Of a stretch of 64,000 nt of DNA, positions 12,261 through 23,717 are shown one piece after another. Origin of the DNA: Octopus sinensis. Taxonomy: Eukaryota. Location of the stretch: contig NC_042999.1 of assembly GCF_006345805.1 (NCBI RefSeq), positions 123,070,001 through 123,134,000 of the forward strand, written 5' to 3'. Position 1 is the stretch's first letter. The number at the start of each line of letters is the position of its first letter. The notes under the pieces are model-generated. The model saw only the letters and a list, made by a program, of their open reading frames with translations. It was not told the DNA's origin and made no database searches. Position numbers and translations under genes: made by a program.

Positions 12261-13483
12261 TATTCTTTCCTCCTCATTTTTAGATTACATGATTGTTGTA
12301 AATGAGTGTCACTGTGAATCAAGCAGGTTCATGTCTTCCTGATCTTCTATGAAAATATACCCTAACTAGAATCATATCTAACTAGAATCATATCTGGCTG
12401 TAGAAACTCTGCCTGAAAGTATTTTATTTGCCTTATTTGGAAACGTAAGCAATAAAACCTTGATTATAATCATGGTAATAACTATTGGATTCAAGTAGTA
12501 CCTTCAATAAGGGTTCTTACATACCACAATGCCTTATGCTTCAAGTCTTTCTGTGAATTGTACTGCATCGAGGGTCTTTTATTATGTTTTTTATATACTA
12601 GCACATTTGCATTCACTCACACAAAAACGCTGCTGAAAGTTGTTTAGATGATTTTGATAAATGATTTAATGTAAATCAATAATTTCTGCCAACCTTTCTA
12701 ATCAATTGGCTAAATTTCCTTAGAGATCATCTTTGTATTGCCAATTTTAAATCAGGAAATGATGGATTATAATATCATGCCTGTACATGGAGTTATTAAA
12801 GCATTTTACAGAGAAGCCTTACCTATGAATGTTTAGCTGAAAGCAGCCTACTTGTAATATTACATTTCAACATTTTCTATTCAATTTTCTTACATTAGTT
12901 CTAACAAGAAATAATTAAATTTTATAAACATATCCTTCAGCGAAGCTAAATTAAAATCCTTGATTTGCATCACTCAGGGTAAAATAAAAATGTGTTACTG
13001 ATGCCCAGTCTAGCATTTTTGTTACTACAATACAGTTTTTACTGATGTTATGATGCTATTTTTACATGCCAGGTGAGACCATCAAGTTTACAATGCTTCC
13101 ATTTTCCTTGAAAATATTTGACAGATTTCAAGCCAAAACAAATTTATTAGTTGAAGATCAAGCTTTGTGAAAATAAATCATAGTAAAAGTTGTCAGCTTC
13201 AGTTTGTCTTATTATTATTAATGTCAAATCTTAACGTTATTACATTTCTGCTTCTATATTGAAAAGAAAAAATAGAACAGAAAAAGAAAAAAAAATGCTT
13301 AAGCAACTAACTACTGCTGTTATTTTCTGTTTATTTTACACTATATCTTAGATTTGTTTCTTTATCTTGTTTATTCTTAATTTATTTTCTGTTTATTTTA
13401 CAATATATATCAGATTTGGTTTTAATTCTTGTTTGTTTATTTTGGCTCTTTTTATTGTCTTCTTTTGCTTCTTTATTATGCAG

Positions 13484-13492
13484 GACCAAGGA
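13484..13492 (+). CDS. Candidate 9-nt microexon
   Basis: Long T-rich tract ..tcttttgcttctttattatgcag|GACCAAGGA|gtaatt. UGC motifs lie in the tract. Confidence 0.5.
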
Positions 13493-14149
13493 GTAATTCA
13501 AACTAGAGATCATAAGTTGAGTTCTTTTACTTTGCGATTTTTTTTCCTCTCAGATTACGGTTTTATGTTTGTTTCTGTTATATAGTGCAATGTATTAAAT
13601 TCCACATAACTAGGTTATTATTGACCATATAATGTAGCCATTGTTGGGGTAGTACAGTGTTTATTATTTTGCTGAGTCTGTTATTTCACTTCTTAATTCT
13701 ACAAGCTACATTTCAATTGGCTGTTGAAAAGAGACTACAGGAATATTAGCTTCTATAAGCAGATAACCTACCTAAGCAGACACTGATTACAACACACACA
13801 CACAAACTAGAAAGGTCCCATTATTTCATTACTGTGTGTGTGTGTGGGGGGGGCATTTGCACATGGATATATGTTTATATTTATATATATATGGGGATCA
13901 GTTTTTGTTTTAAGGATGTTGTATTGAAACACAACTATGGTAAAATTTGATTTTTTTTTCTTTATTGGCATCTTCTATATCTGCATATCATTCCAAATGA
14001 TAAAGTTCCCAATTCCATTCTTATCATCAATGGTTCTAGAATATTTAAGCCTCATTTTCAGAATGTAGAATTGTTTTTGACTTCTGTACTACCCTTCTAT
14101 GATTGATCATATATCATCATTTAATGTTTGTTCTCCATACTATATATAG

Positions 14150-14217
14150 GAGGAAGTCATTCATCATTCATCCCTGATGACGTGGCTGGCTCATCAGAGG
14201 TGATGTTTGATGATAAG
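14150..14217 (+). CDS. Candidate 68-nt coding exon (phase 1 to 0): GSHSSFIPDDVAGSSEVMFDDK
   Basis: tttgttctccatactatatatag|GAGGAAGT...GATGATAAG|gtattc. Only this frame is open to that donor. An alternative in-frame donor GAG|gtgatg lies at 14199/14200. Composition is more GC-rich than the flanks. Confidence 0.55.
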
Positions 14218-14699
14218 GTATTCAATGGAAAGCCTTAGTACACTGCTATCTTCCTTAGAGCCAAAACAAATCAACTGTCAAAGAAAACAGAAGAAAAGAA
14301 AAGAAAAGATGAAATTTGGTCAATGTGGCATTTATACAGAACTAGCTTACCTGTTCTAGCCATCAACCTTAAAGTATATATTGTTGCTATTATGCAAAAG
14401 TGTTGTAAGTCCAAAACGTTGCCTTTTCAGAAAACGAAAAAATATTTTCACCATTCCATAGCAAAACTGTTGTACTACACTTTGGCAATTTTTGATATCT
14501 TGGCATCTGAAGCAGCTGGAGATATGATAGTTTAACCAAATGAACCAGCTATTGCAAGCAAACATAAATATTGAAGAAAACGCATTTGGCCAAATTTGGA
14601 CATGTGACAGTTTAAAATAATTGCAACAATATATAAAAGAATTAAATTCAAAGAATTGAAGAACCCAGCATAAGCACTTCAGATGAGGATCCATCTATT

Positions 14700-15300
14700 A
14701 GGTCACATAGTTAATAATAGATTCTGTGGCAGATTGAGCAACAAGCATTTTTGAACTTTGCTTATTTTCTAGGTATTTGGAGTTTAGTGTACTGGTATTC
14801 TGTTTTTGGTTATTTCTGTTGCTTGTGGGTGATCAGGTGTAGGTTTGATTTAGCTTACAATGACTAGAATTTAGAATATATTTAAAGTTGGGAGTAGTTG
14901 AATAATATAGTTTTATTGTGTTGCAAATTTGGTTTCTTCAGTGCTAATGGAATGATATTTTCCTCATTAGTTTGAAGATGTTTTTGCCACAAGAGTGTCA
15001 CTGCAACATTGAAAGGTTAGTTATACCAGGTGTTTGTGTTTCTGTTCCTATTTTCCATTCTAATATTTGTCTGGTTTGGCGGCTCTTTGATATATTGTAT
15101 CATCTTTGTTAACCTGCTTCTTTACAGGGCTTTTTCATAATATGAAGTTTGGCTTCTTGGGATTCAGTTTTGAGATTCTGGGTGAGTTCCTTGTGAACAA
15201 GCTTTGTTTATGTCTTTTAGGTGGTTTGTGTGTTACCAGGTTCCATTCCTATGAACTGCAACAGAATATATATTCTAAAACATACTGGATAATGCTTGAA
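14700..15300 (-). mobile_element. Decayed LINE fragment, probably R4/Dong-like ORF N-terminal region
   Basis: Broken minus-strand frames (LQFIGMEP.., ..N..FNVAVTL) resemble regions upstream of the RT in R4-group elements. Weak. Confidence 0.4.
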
Positions 15301-16180
15301 ACCTTTTATATGAGTGAAATGAAATTGTTTAATTAAGAAAAACACAATAAAAAGACTGGCATTGTGAAGTTTATTTGTTTTTTGTATTGTTCACTTTCTT
15401 TTTTATGAAGGACTTTACTTTTTTTTTAAATATATTAAGAATCTCCTAACATTTAGCCAGCCTCTTTAACTTGCTGATAGAAAAACTGAGGTCATCAGTG
15501 ATTATGAAAATCAAACTAAATTATCTAATTTCACCATGGTTACAATGATGGCCATGTGGCTGTGTTGTTTGTTTCATAACCAGCTGTTTCTTGGTTCAAT
15601 CTTACTTTGAATCTTGAGTGTCTTCTAAAATAGACTCAAGTTAATCAATGTTTTGTGAATGAAATTTGTAAATCGGTGACTGGCCTGCTGAAAACCTAGA
15701 ACTAATGATACCATTGTTCATAAAATGCATGACATGAAATAGGAAAATAAAAATAACCATACATAACTGATCATTGTTATATTGACATTATATACTTAAT
15801 CAATGATTGTGATGCTTTACTTCTATCTTATTTAGCCTTTATTCCTTATGATGAACACCAAATTGTTGGCAAGGCAAATTCATAAACTGTTTTTTTTTTG
15901 TTCAGAACTGCAGCTCAGTTCACATCTTTATGCTACTAATGCTCTTAAGAAATGCATGAACACCACACAATCTGGTTCTCCTACCTTATAGATTTGTGAC
16001 CTTGCGCTTAAGTAGAAATCAATACATTTGAATGCCTTAACCTCACTTGATAATCATTTCATATATTTTGTACAACTTCTTGACAAATTCAATGCTTTCT
16101 AGGAATTTAAAACATTTCTGCTATTATTGTATCTCACTTATCTTTTAAGTCGACCCCCTTTTTCTCCTATTTTGAATTAG

Positions 16181-16195
16181 CTGGTAGAAAATCAG
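16181..16195 (+). CDS. Candidate 15-nt microexon (LVENQ in phase 0)
   Basis: ccccctttttctcctattttgaattag|CTGGTAGAAAATCAG|gtaatc. Confidence 0.5.
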
Positions 16196-16544
16196 GTAAT
16201 CAATATTTCATTGAAGTTTTTTGTTCATGAAGCTATTGATTTCTGATTTATTTATTTATTTTTTGTATAGCAACTAACTCCTCCAAAATACTTTCCAATC
16301 CCATTCAATAATGTTGAGCTTATTTGTAAGTATGCCTTCTCATATTAGAGAAATGTAAACTAGAACAGAAGAAATACTTATACATACAGGCCAATTATCT
16401 TATAGTCTCTACTGCAGCTGTGTCTATTGTTATTGCACCGTTATTAAATTATTTTAAAGTACAGTTGGTTAGTTACTGAATTGCAGCATCCATGTCAAAC
16501 TTAATACTAATGATAGCAATGATGATGATGATTATAATAATGAT

Positions 16545-16778
16545 AATAATAATAATAATAATAATCTTTCTTTCTGCTGTAGGCACAAGGAAAATTATGG
16601 GAGTGGGCATTTAATAACATTGACCCCAGTGTTCAGCTGGTACTTTTTTTTTTTTACCTCAAAAGGATGAAATGCAAAGTTGACCTTGGCAGAATTTGAA
16701 CTCAGAATGTGAAGGTAGACAAAATGCTTAGCAGCATTTTGTCTGGCCTGCTAATAATTCTGCCAGTTTGCCACCTTG
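16545..16778 (-). mobile_element. tRNA-derived SINE (family A) with (ATT)n tail
   Basis: Reverse complement: ggcaaactggcagaattattagc...ttctgagttcaaattctgccaaggtcaactttg..aagtaccagctgaacactggggtcaat. Same family as 31.7, 42.6, 49.8, 56.1 and 57.0 kb. Confidence 0.9.
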
Positions 16779-16783
16779 ATAAT

Positions 16784-16815
<32 letters not shown>

Positions 16816-17209
16816 ATCAATATTATAATAATATTCAAATTATGAATTAGAAGAAGCACTAGTATTGCAAACATTATCAAACACACACAATGTATGTGCT
16901 TTGCTTGTCCATTAGTAGGCAGTGATTTAACAGTGGAGATAACTCTCAAAGTGTTGGGTTTTAAAACATTTGATGTCATAGACAGGTGAGACAACTCACC
17001 CCAAGTTCCATTCAGGAGTGATGGACATCGATGTTTTCCCATTTTTATGGCTTCTTAACATCATGTTCCTGAACCAAACTGGAAGTGTAGTGAATAGCCT
17101 GTCCATGACTACATGCAAGATAGTGTAAAAACCATCTCACTCAATAATAATGATGATGATGATGATAATAATAATAATGTTAATAATAATAATGATAATA
17201 ATAATCATC

Positions 17210-17263
<54 letters not shown>

Positions 17264-17289
17264 GCACTAGCACATGCTAATTTAGTTAA

Positions 17290-18330
17290 CATATGTTTTA
17301 TCTTGAGGTTTGATGACAAGTTTTATCAATTCTGAAGAATCTTTCTCAGAATTCTTGAGAATATAGGATGGTACTTTTCTGCAGGTTAACAATGCAAGTT
17401 TCAATTTCAGTCTTTTAGGTAGCATTTTGGGTATTGTACCTAGTACACCAATTACAACCTTGTTGTCTTGGTCTTACACAACCTCCTCAGTTCTCTGGCT
17501 AGATATTGATATTTCTCAGTTTTTTTTTCAATTTCTTTGGTATCAACTCTGCTATCATAGGGAATTGCCAAATCTATAATTTTACACTGTTTATTTTGTC
17601 CCCTATGATAATGTCCAGTCTTCTTTCTGCAGTAATATGTTTAGTCTTTACAGGGAAATCCCATCTTGTAAATTTCATTTTCTGTCACAGCCTCTGGCTC
17701 ATGTTCAAACCACATTTCTGTTTCTTTGAAACCATTCCAATGTTCTCTTTTGCCTATGCAGTCATGTCTGCATTTATACTCCTTTTGCAGTAGTATTCTG
17801 CACTTGCACGAAAGGTGATTGATACTTTCATCTCCTTTCCTGTAGATTCCATCCTTTTCCATCTGTTTTTCCTATTGTTCTTTCTTTTCTTTTTGAATTC
17901 TCCTACTGTTTTGGTCACTTTTTGGGTATCTCTGGCTGCCAATAGTATTCTTCCTTTACTTCTTTTCCAGACCTAGTATTGCAGTATTAACCATACCTTC
18001 TACATTTAGTAATTCTCTGCTATATTTTCTTGGTAGGTAGAGTCAGCTAGTATTGCTTTCAGGGTAGAGTGCATGGTGCATTGTAGACAGTTTTCTCATT
18101 CTTCCATCCAAGTTCTGTAACTCAATCTTTGTCCATTTCAGAAAAGGAGCAGAGTATCTCAGTACAAGTATAGCCAGTGTATTTATGGCTTTAATGATGT
18201 TTCAAGCACCTTCCTAATTCAAGCACCTTCCTAATTCAAGCACCTTGTACCCTTTAGTAACGTTCTCTCTAATTTCTCCTTCCATTATCCTACTGTCTTG
18301 TAGCACTCCAATGTATTTGTACCCCTTGAT
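17290..18330 (-). mobile_element. R4/Dong-like LINE (RT C-terminus plus restriction-like endonuclease)
   Basis: Minus strand: GYKYIGVLQ.., RYSAPFLKWTKIELQNLDGRMRK..MHHALYP...LYLPRK, then RRLDIII.DK..IDLAIPYDSRVDTKEIEK.EKYQYLARELRRL..VVIGVLG (RLE motif). Both flanks are (TAA/ATT)n. Confidence 0.85.
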
Positions 18331-18331
18331 T

Positions 18332-18386
<55 letters not shown>

Positions 18387-18389
18387 GAA

Positions 18390-18772
18390 AATTCTCAGCT
18401 TATTTTACTGGGTATGATGGAAAGTGTCAGCTGTCCACAGCTAGAAGACTAAGGTGACACTTGTCTTTTTGGTCATGCTCCATGAACACTGGGAAGAATT
18501 CTTGCAGCTCCAAGCAATACTGATTTTTGAAGCTGTTCTACCTTCGTACTTGTGCCGATCATTTTCAGACATGATAGTTGAGTGCCGATACTTCCAAGTG
18601 CACCAATTACTATTAGTATCACGTCTACTCTCTTCATTGACCACAACCTTCATATGTCCTTCTTCAGATCGTCATAGTTGTTTATTTTTTATTTTTCTTT
18701 CACATTGATCCTGTTGTCACTGGGGCATGCTATATCGATTATCATACGTTCTTTCTTCACCAGGGCATGCCT

Positions 18773-18775
<3 letters not shown>
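18390..18775 (-). mobile_element. Second R4/Dong-like LINE 3' fragment (RLE domain and 3' UTR)
   Basis: MIIDIACPSDNRINVKEK..YDDLKKDI.RLWSMKRVDVILIVIGALG..LQKSVLLGAARIL, flanked by (ATT)n and (GTT)(CTT)(ATA) triplet runs. Confidence 0.85.
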
Positions 18776-18808
<33 letters not shown>

Positions 18809-19824
18809 CTTCTTCTTCTTCTTCTTCTTCTTCTTCTTCTTCTTCTTCTTCTTCTTCTTCTTCTCATTATCATTATAATAATAATAATAATAATAATAAT
18901 AAGTAACTATATGATGATTAGAATTCAGAACTGTAGGAACTGCAGCTTTTGGATCTACAGAGATTGAGTGGGAAGTTATTTCATTAAGCCATGTTAAAGA
19001 CAAGTAAATCTGTAGTGAAATAAGTCTATGATTTTATTTGTAAATTTGATAATTAACAGAACTAGAAAAAAGAACTGTTTCAAGATGATGCACAGTGCCT
19101 ACAATATCTGAAATCAGCCCTCCTAGAATTGTATTCTAGCCATGGTTGAATGTGGTGCATATTTTGTAACTTTATCTTTTTTTGACATTTATTCTATAGC
19201 TTTACATGAACATGATTAACATGAGAATTTTGAAACAGTATTAATTATGATCTAATTAGGGTGTAAGATGTATTCATTTATCTGCATATAGATTTGTATA
19301 TTAATGCATATCTTTACTTTGCATCTTCAAACCAATAAAGAACAAAAAAAGATTATGAAAGACTGATTGTGATTGTTGGTTTCTGATTCAATGAAGTGTA
19401 TGCTGAAGTTAAAAGGAACATATAGAGAAAGCAAAGCAAGACTGGAAATTAGCAATTTAGAAACAATGAAACTGTGGGTGTTTAGCAAATTGTGTGATTT
19501 ATCCACATCAAACTAATAATGAATATTATTAGATTAATGGAAGCATTATATGGTAACCAGATTATCAAATGGTTATGCTGAATCTACCAAATGGATTCTT
19601 TTAAGTGTGAGTGTTATATAAAAAGATCTACGTTTGCTTTAAAAATTGAAAGATTGTTTTGAATAGTATTTCATGACAGACGTTCATTAAAGAAGTTTTA
19701 AAATGAAATCTTGATTTATTATCTATCAAATGAAATAATTTTATTTTATTAAAGATATGTTTTTGAAGTGTGTATACATGCAAATAGTTTTCCTCTGTAA
19801 TATATATTAGACATAATCAAATTT

Positions 19825-19867
19825 TTATATCTTTTTCTCTTTTTCTTTTTTTTGCTTTTAGGTAAGT
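19825..19867 (+). promoter_or_regulatory. Candidate recursive splice site (zero-nucleotide exon) TAG|GTAAGT
   Basis: ~30-nt nearly pure pyrimidine tract ctttttctctttttctttttttttgcttttag immediately followed by a perfect donor GTAAGT. The AG is at 19860-19861. Confidence 0.6.
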
Positions 19868-20952
19868 CTTATACACGTTTGCTGTTTTCATTGGTAATGT
19901 ATACATCAATTTGCTGTTTAAGATTTTGGTAAATGTGGCATTTTATGTTTAAAGTATATAATAAAAAAGAAATGTGATATTTTTCTTTTATCTACTAACT
20001 TTAATGTACTGTGTGCAATAATTTCAACTTAAATTTCATGCTATATCCTCTTTATGTTTTAACTATTATAACATAATTATAATTTATGAAAGATGTCTGA
20101 ATAATTTCTGAAATTCAGTAGCAATGAATATTATTTTAGGTGACTGAAAAAGAATACATATAAGCTATTTTATGCTGATGCAACCAGTTTCTTTCACATT
20201 CAGTTGCAACCTATTATGTATGATGCAATTAAATGTTTTTGTTCTTTTTTGCTTTTGCTTTCTCAGTTATTAACTTGTGCTTTTCACCCAAGTTCTATTG
20301 AAACTTATTTTAATAATCATTAAGTTATTTTCTTCTATTTAATACCTGTTTACTAAAACTACCATTCCCATGATTTTTTCAACGCTGTTATTTTTTCTGT
20401 AATAAATGTACAATTATTGGTAACTTTGTAAAAATTAACAGAACTGACAAAATGTATTGAATAATAATATTCTCTTTGTTTTTTGTATATCTTTATTTTG
20501 GTTCTGTTCAATAGTTTAATACAAAATAATTCTTATAACTTATTTGGCTATTAGTAAAAGACACAAAATTTCTCATTAGCCAGTTATTTTCATTTGATTG
20601 ATTAAAGAAGTACCACTCCAGTATTTATATTCTTTTAAAAATAATTACAGCATTTCCGTAATTTGATAAAAAGTGATTTGGTTCCGATAGATTTTTCTTT
20701 AAAGAGCAGGACATTTGTTTTGTAGGGTTTTGATTAATGATCACTGCAATATTCATATTTATTACATCTCACTAAAATGTCAAGTTCTCTATAGTAAAGA
20801 CTGATTTCTGTAATAAATTTGTAGTATTGAACAATTGCTCATAGTATTGCTTGTTCATAAAATATTTTCAGTGGGGTTTCAGCAAGCAGCAGCTCTTGCT
20901 ATGACTTACTTCATAGCATTACATGTTCATTTGAATTTTATTTCTAGAATAG

Positions 20953-21006
20953 ATCTCTGCCAATTCAAGTGATGACTTATTGTTTAAAGATGTGAAATCT
21001 ATCAAG
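20953..21006 (+). CDS. Candidate 54-nt coding exon (phase 0 to 0): ISANSSDDLLFKDVKSIK
   Basis: gaattttatttctagaatag|ATCTCT...ATCAAG|gtaatg. One frame open, the other two have stops. Protein not recognised. Confidence 0.6.
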
Positions 21007-21095
21007 GTAATGTACGAACATGTTGGAATTATAAATTGTTCAATATTTTGGGGAAGTAATATTGAAAGTTGATTTGAATTTTTTTTTTCTGCTAG

Positions 21096-21097
21096 AA
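21096..21097 (+). other. Candidate 2-nt microexon (AA)
   Basis: aattttttttttctgctag|AA|gtaagt, 89 nt after the donor of the 54-nt exon. Confidence 0.3.
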
Positions 21098-22196
21098 GTA
21101 AGTCTCCTCAGTTGCTTTAGCTGTATTATATTCATTTAATAACTTACAAATCTAATGAATTTCAAACTATATGGAAACCCGATAAAGTTTATCAATAGGC
21201 ATAATTTAAAATGAGTCAAAATTATGAGACGACACCAGTATAAAATTGGATTCAATTTATTTTTATTTTTTCTGAAAAAAACATTTTGCTGAAATTTTAA
21301 TAGCATTTGTATTGGACAAAGGATTAGAGATGCTTTAAACTTTCCAGTTTAGAGAAATTAAAACCAACAACAACCAAGAAAAAAAGACAATTAAACAATC
21401 CCAAGTTTATTTTTGTTTTATTGTTATTCTGATTGATATGATAGAAGTTATTTAGCATAAACATCTTACCTTCATTCAGATATACAAATTTACTGTTTTA
21501 TATGCAGTAGTCTGTGGCCCAAATATTTTGTTCTTTTTTAAATTCAGTGTTAAACAATATTTAATAGGTTAGCATATTTATATGTAAAAGCACATAATTT
21601 CTTGTATTTTCCAGCCATTTTATCCTACTAATCATTGGCATATGGTTGATTGAACAATATTTAAGCAATCTCATTAAAGATTAAATGATACTCTGATAAC
21701 TTAGTGAAATAGTTTATGACCAGAGAGTATTAATGCCTAGCTGTTTTACAACATTGAACTTTGAAGTAATAGCATGTTGAAATAGAATTCAGCTTTGTAT
21801 AATTTGAAACAAGGAGTTACTTGTCAATCATGTAGCTTCTATCAAGTACGTCAGTACAGAGCTAAGGCACATGATGGGAAAACTAAATTAGGATTAGTAT
21901 TAAGTGTTCAATTTATTCTTGTTCTATTCCCCTATCTATTTTCTTAGGTTTGCTTCCTTAAGGTTGAATAGAACAACAATATCTGCAAAACCAGAATGGT
22001 TTTCTATTTTTGGCATCTTAGGCTGAAGAAATGAATATAATTTTGTACCAATTCTGGCACAAGTTTTGACTTAATCTATGCAATATATTGAGAAGTAGAA
22101 ATCTGCCTGCTTTTTATTTAAAAAAAAATTATTCTTTATCTGAAGTTTTCTTTCTCAGTTCTTTTATTTGGATATTATTGCAACTTAACTTTGTAG

Positions 22197-22200
22197 GAAG
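22197..22200 (+). other. Candidate 4-nt microexon (GAAG), or the end of a 42-nt exon starting at 22159
   Basis: ttgcaacttaactttgtag|GAAG|gtaagc. An upstream acceptor gttttctttctcag at 22158 would give 42 nt instead. Confidence 0.35.
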
Positions 22201-23669
22201 GTAAGCAATGTTTGTCCCATAGAATGCAAGAGTGCACATATAAATATATGCATCACTGCTAAAGGTTTTAAAAAAATTTATTCTCTTTCTTTTTCTTTGT
22301 TTTGTGCTGTGCAGAAATACTTGTTTAGTACATCTCATGATAGTTTTTGAAAATTGATTAGTAGACTAGATAACAAGATGAGAAGAATGATAGTTAAACA
22401 GTTTTTTGTTAATAAACGTAAAGTATTAATGACAGGATCCTGAGCTTAATCTAGATTACCAAAATCAGATTTTATTCTGCATAGAAAGTGTTGAATTATA
22501 TGTCACTTATCCATCCCTTAAATATAGAAATGCACTGTATTGTAGTTTCCAACATACTTTTTTGTGTGTCTGTGAGACATTCTGTATATAACTTATACTA
22601 AACATCTTAATACTTTCTGTTGGCCTATATTTACAAAAGTATGAAAAATAATTGGCAGCATAAAATTTGAAGACTAGTTCTTATTGTTAAGCCTCAGTTT
22701 AACTCATATTGAGCAAATTTATGTTCAAAAGTGTTCAAATTGTGATCATCCTTTCTGTTTGAAACATAATACATCCAAAAACTATCTTGAATATATTGTA
22801 CTTCAAATTGTGATGGTAGGGTATTTTGAGAGATTTTTGGCTGCTATTTCTAACAAGCAACCCTTTAGAGGCTCCTAAATTATCACTTGACTCTCTCTCT
22901 CTCTCTCTAACCAATAGTTGATGATGAGCAAATATGCAAAGTGACTTTACCTTGCTCTAAAAGGTAGCTGTAGTTGTTATATATTGTTTGCATGTCCAGT
23001 AGGTACCTACTAATACTATTTATGTATTAACAATGTACAGAGAGCATTCTACAAGCTGAAACAGAAGAAACACTTCAATGACTCATTATAAAAACTCTCA
23101 TATAATTTCACAACAGCCCTTCAGACAAGCAAAAAAATATATATTGATAAGCTATAGTCACTGAGGAATATGCGTCTAAGACCAAATAAAAACAAAGTAC
23201 TTGTTAGCAAATAGTCACTTAGAACTCAGCTTTTAGTTCTTATGTGCACTAATGCAAAAGAGTATTCCTTGCCAAGCTTGGTCCAGAGACTGGTGGCTAT
23301 ATTTCTTAATTGGTGGATAAATAACTCTATTGTTAATGATTTCAGTTACATATACATATAAAATTTTACCCTGTAGTTGTTTTTATTTGGTTATGATTTT
23401 TAATACAACAATAGAATTCTTCCTAAATTTTACAGTTATTTTACCCTTTTCGTTTTAGCTTAATTTCAGTTAAGCAAAATTGTTTTTTTTTATGTAGTCT
23501 AAATGTATGACTTCACTTAATAAAGATATGGAATTTGTTTGGCATTCTCATAGTCAGACAGGTATTTTAATTTTCTCCAGAGTCAGCACTGTCATATCTA
23601 ATTAATACATACTTCTTTTGATCAAAACAAGTAAAGATGCACATGAATATTTACATTCATGTGTGTATG

Positions 23670-23717
23670 TGTATTTTAACAATATTTGCCTTTTTATCTC
23701 TCTTGCATCAGGTGAGT
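23670..23717 (+). promoter_or_regulatory. Candidate recursive splice site CAG|GTGAGT
   Basis: ttttaac (branch-like) ..tttgcctttttatctctcttgcatcag|GTGAGT with no other AG in the preceding ~70 nt. The AG is at 23710-23711. Confidence 0.58.

Noticed and set aside
10695-12342. Long ORFs up to 302 aa (IY/YI/CV-rich), also at 2.9-3.3, 8.7, 33-34.4 and 60.4-61 kb
   Set aside because: Translations of TA/TG/CA microsatellites, which lack stop codons; not genes.
18201-18250. 17-bp unit ttcaagcaccttcctaa x2.7; also ctaactagaatcatat x2 at ~12362 and attggctaagaccat x2 at ~23833
   Set aside because: Local slippage duplications without spacers; not CRISPR-like and no sign of function.
17137-18967. Poly-I, poly-K/N and poly-V/L ORFs
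   Set aside because: Produced by (ATT), (CTT) and (GTT) triplet repeats around LINE fragments.
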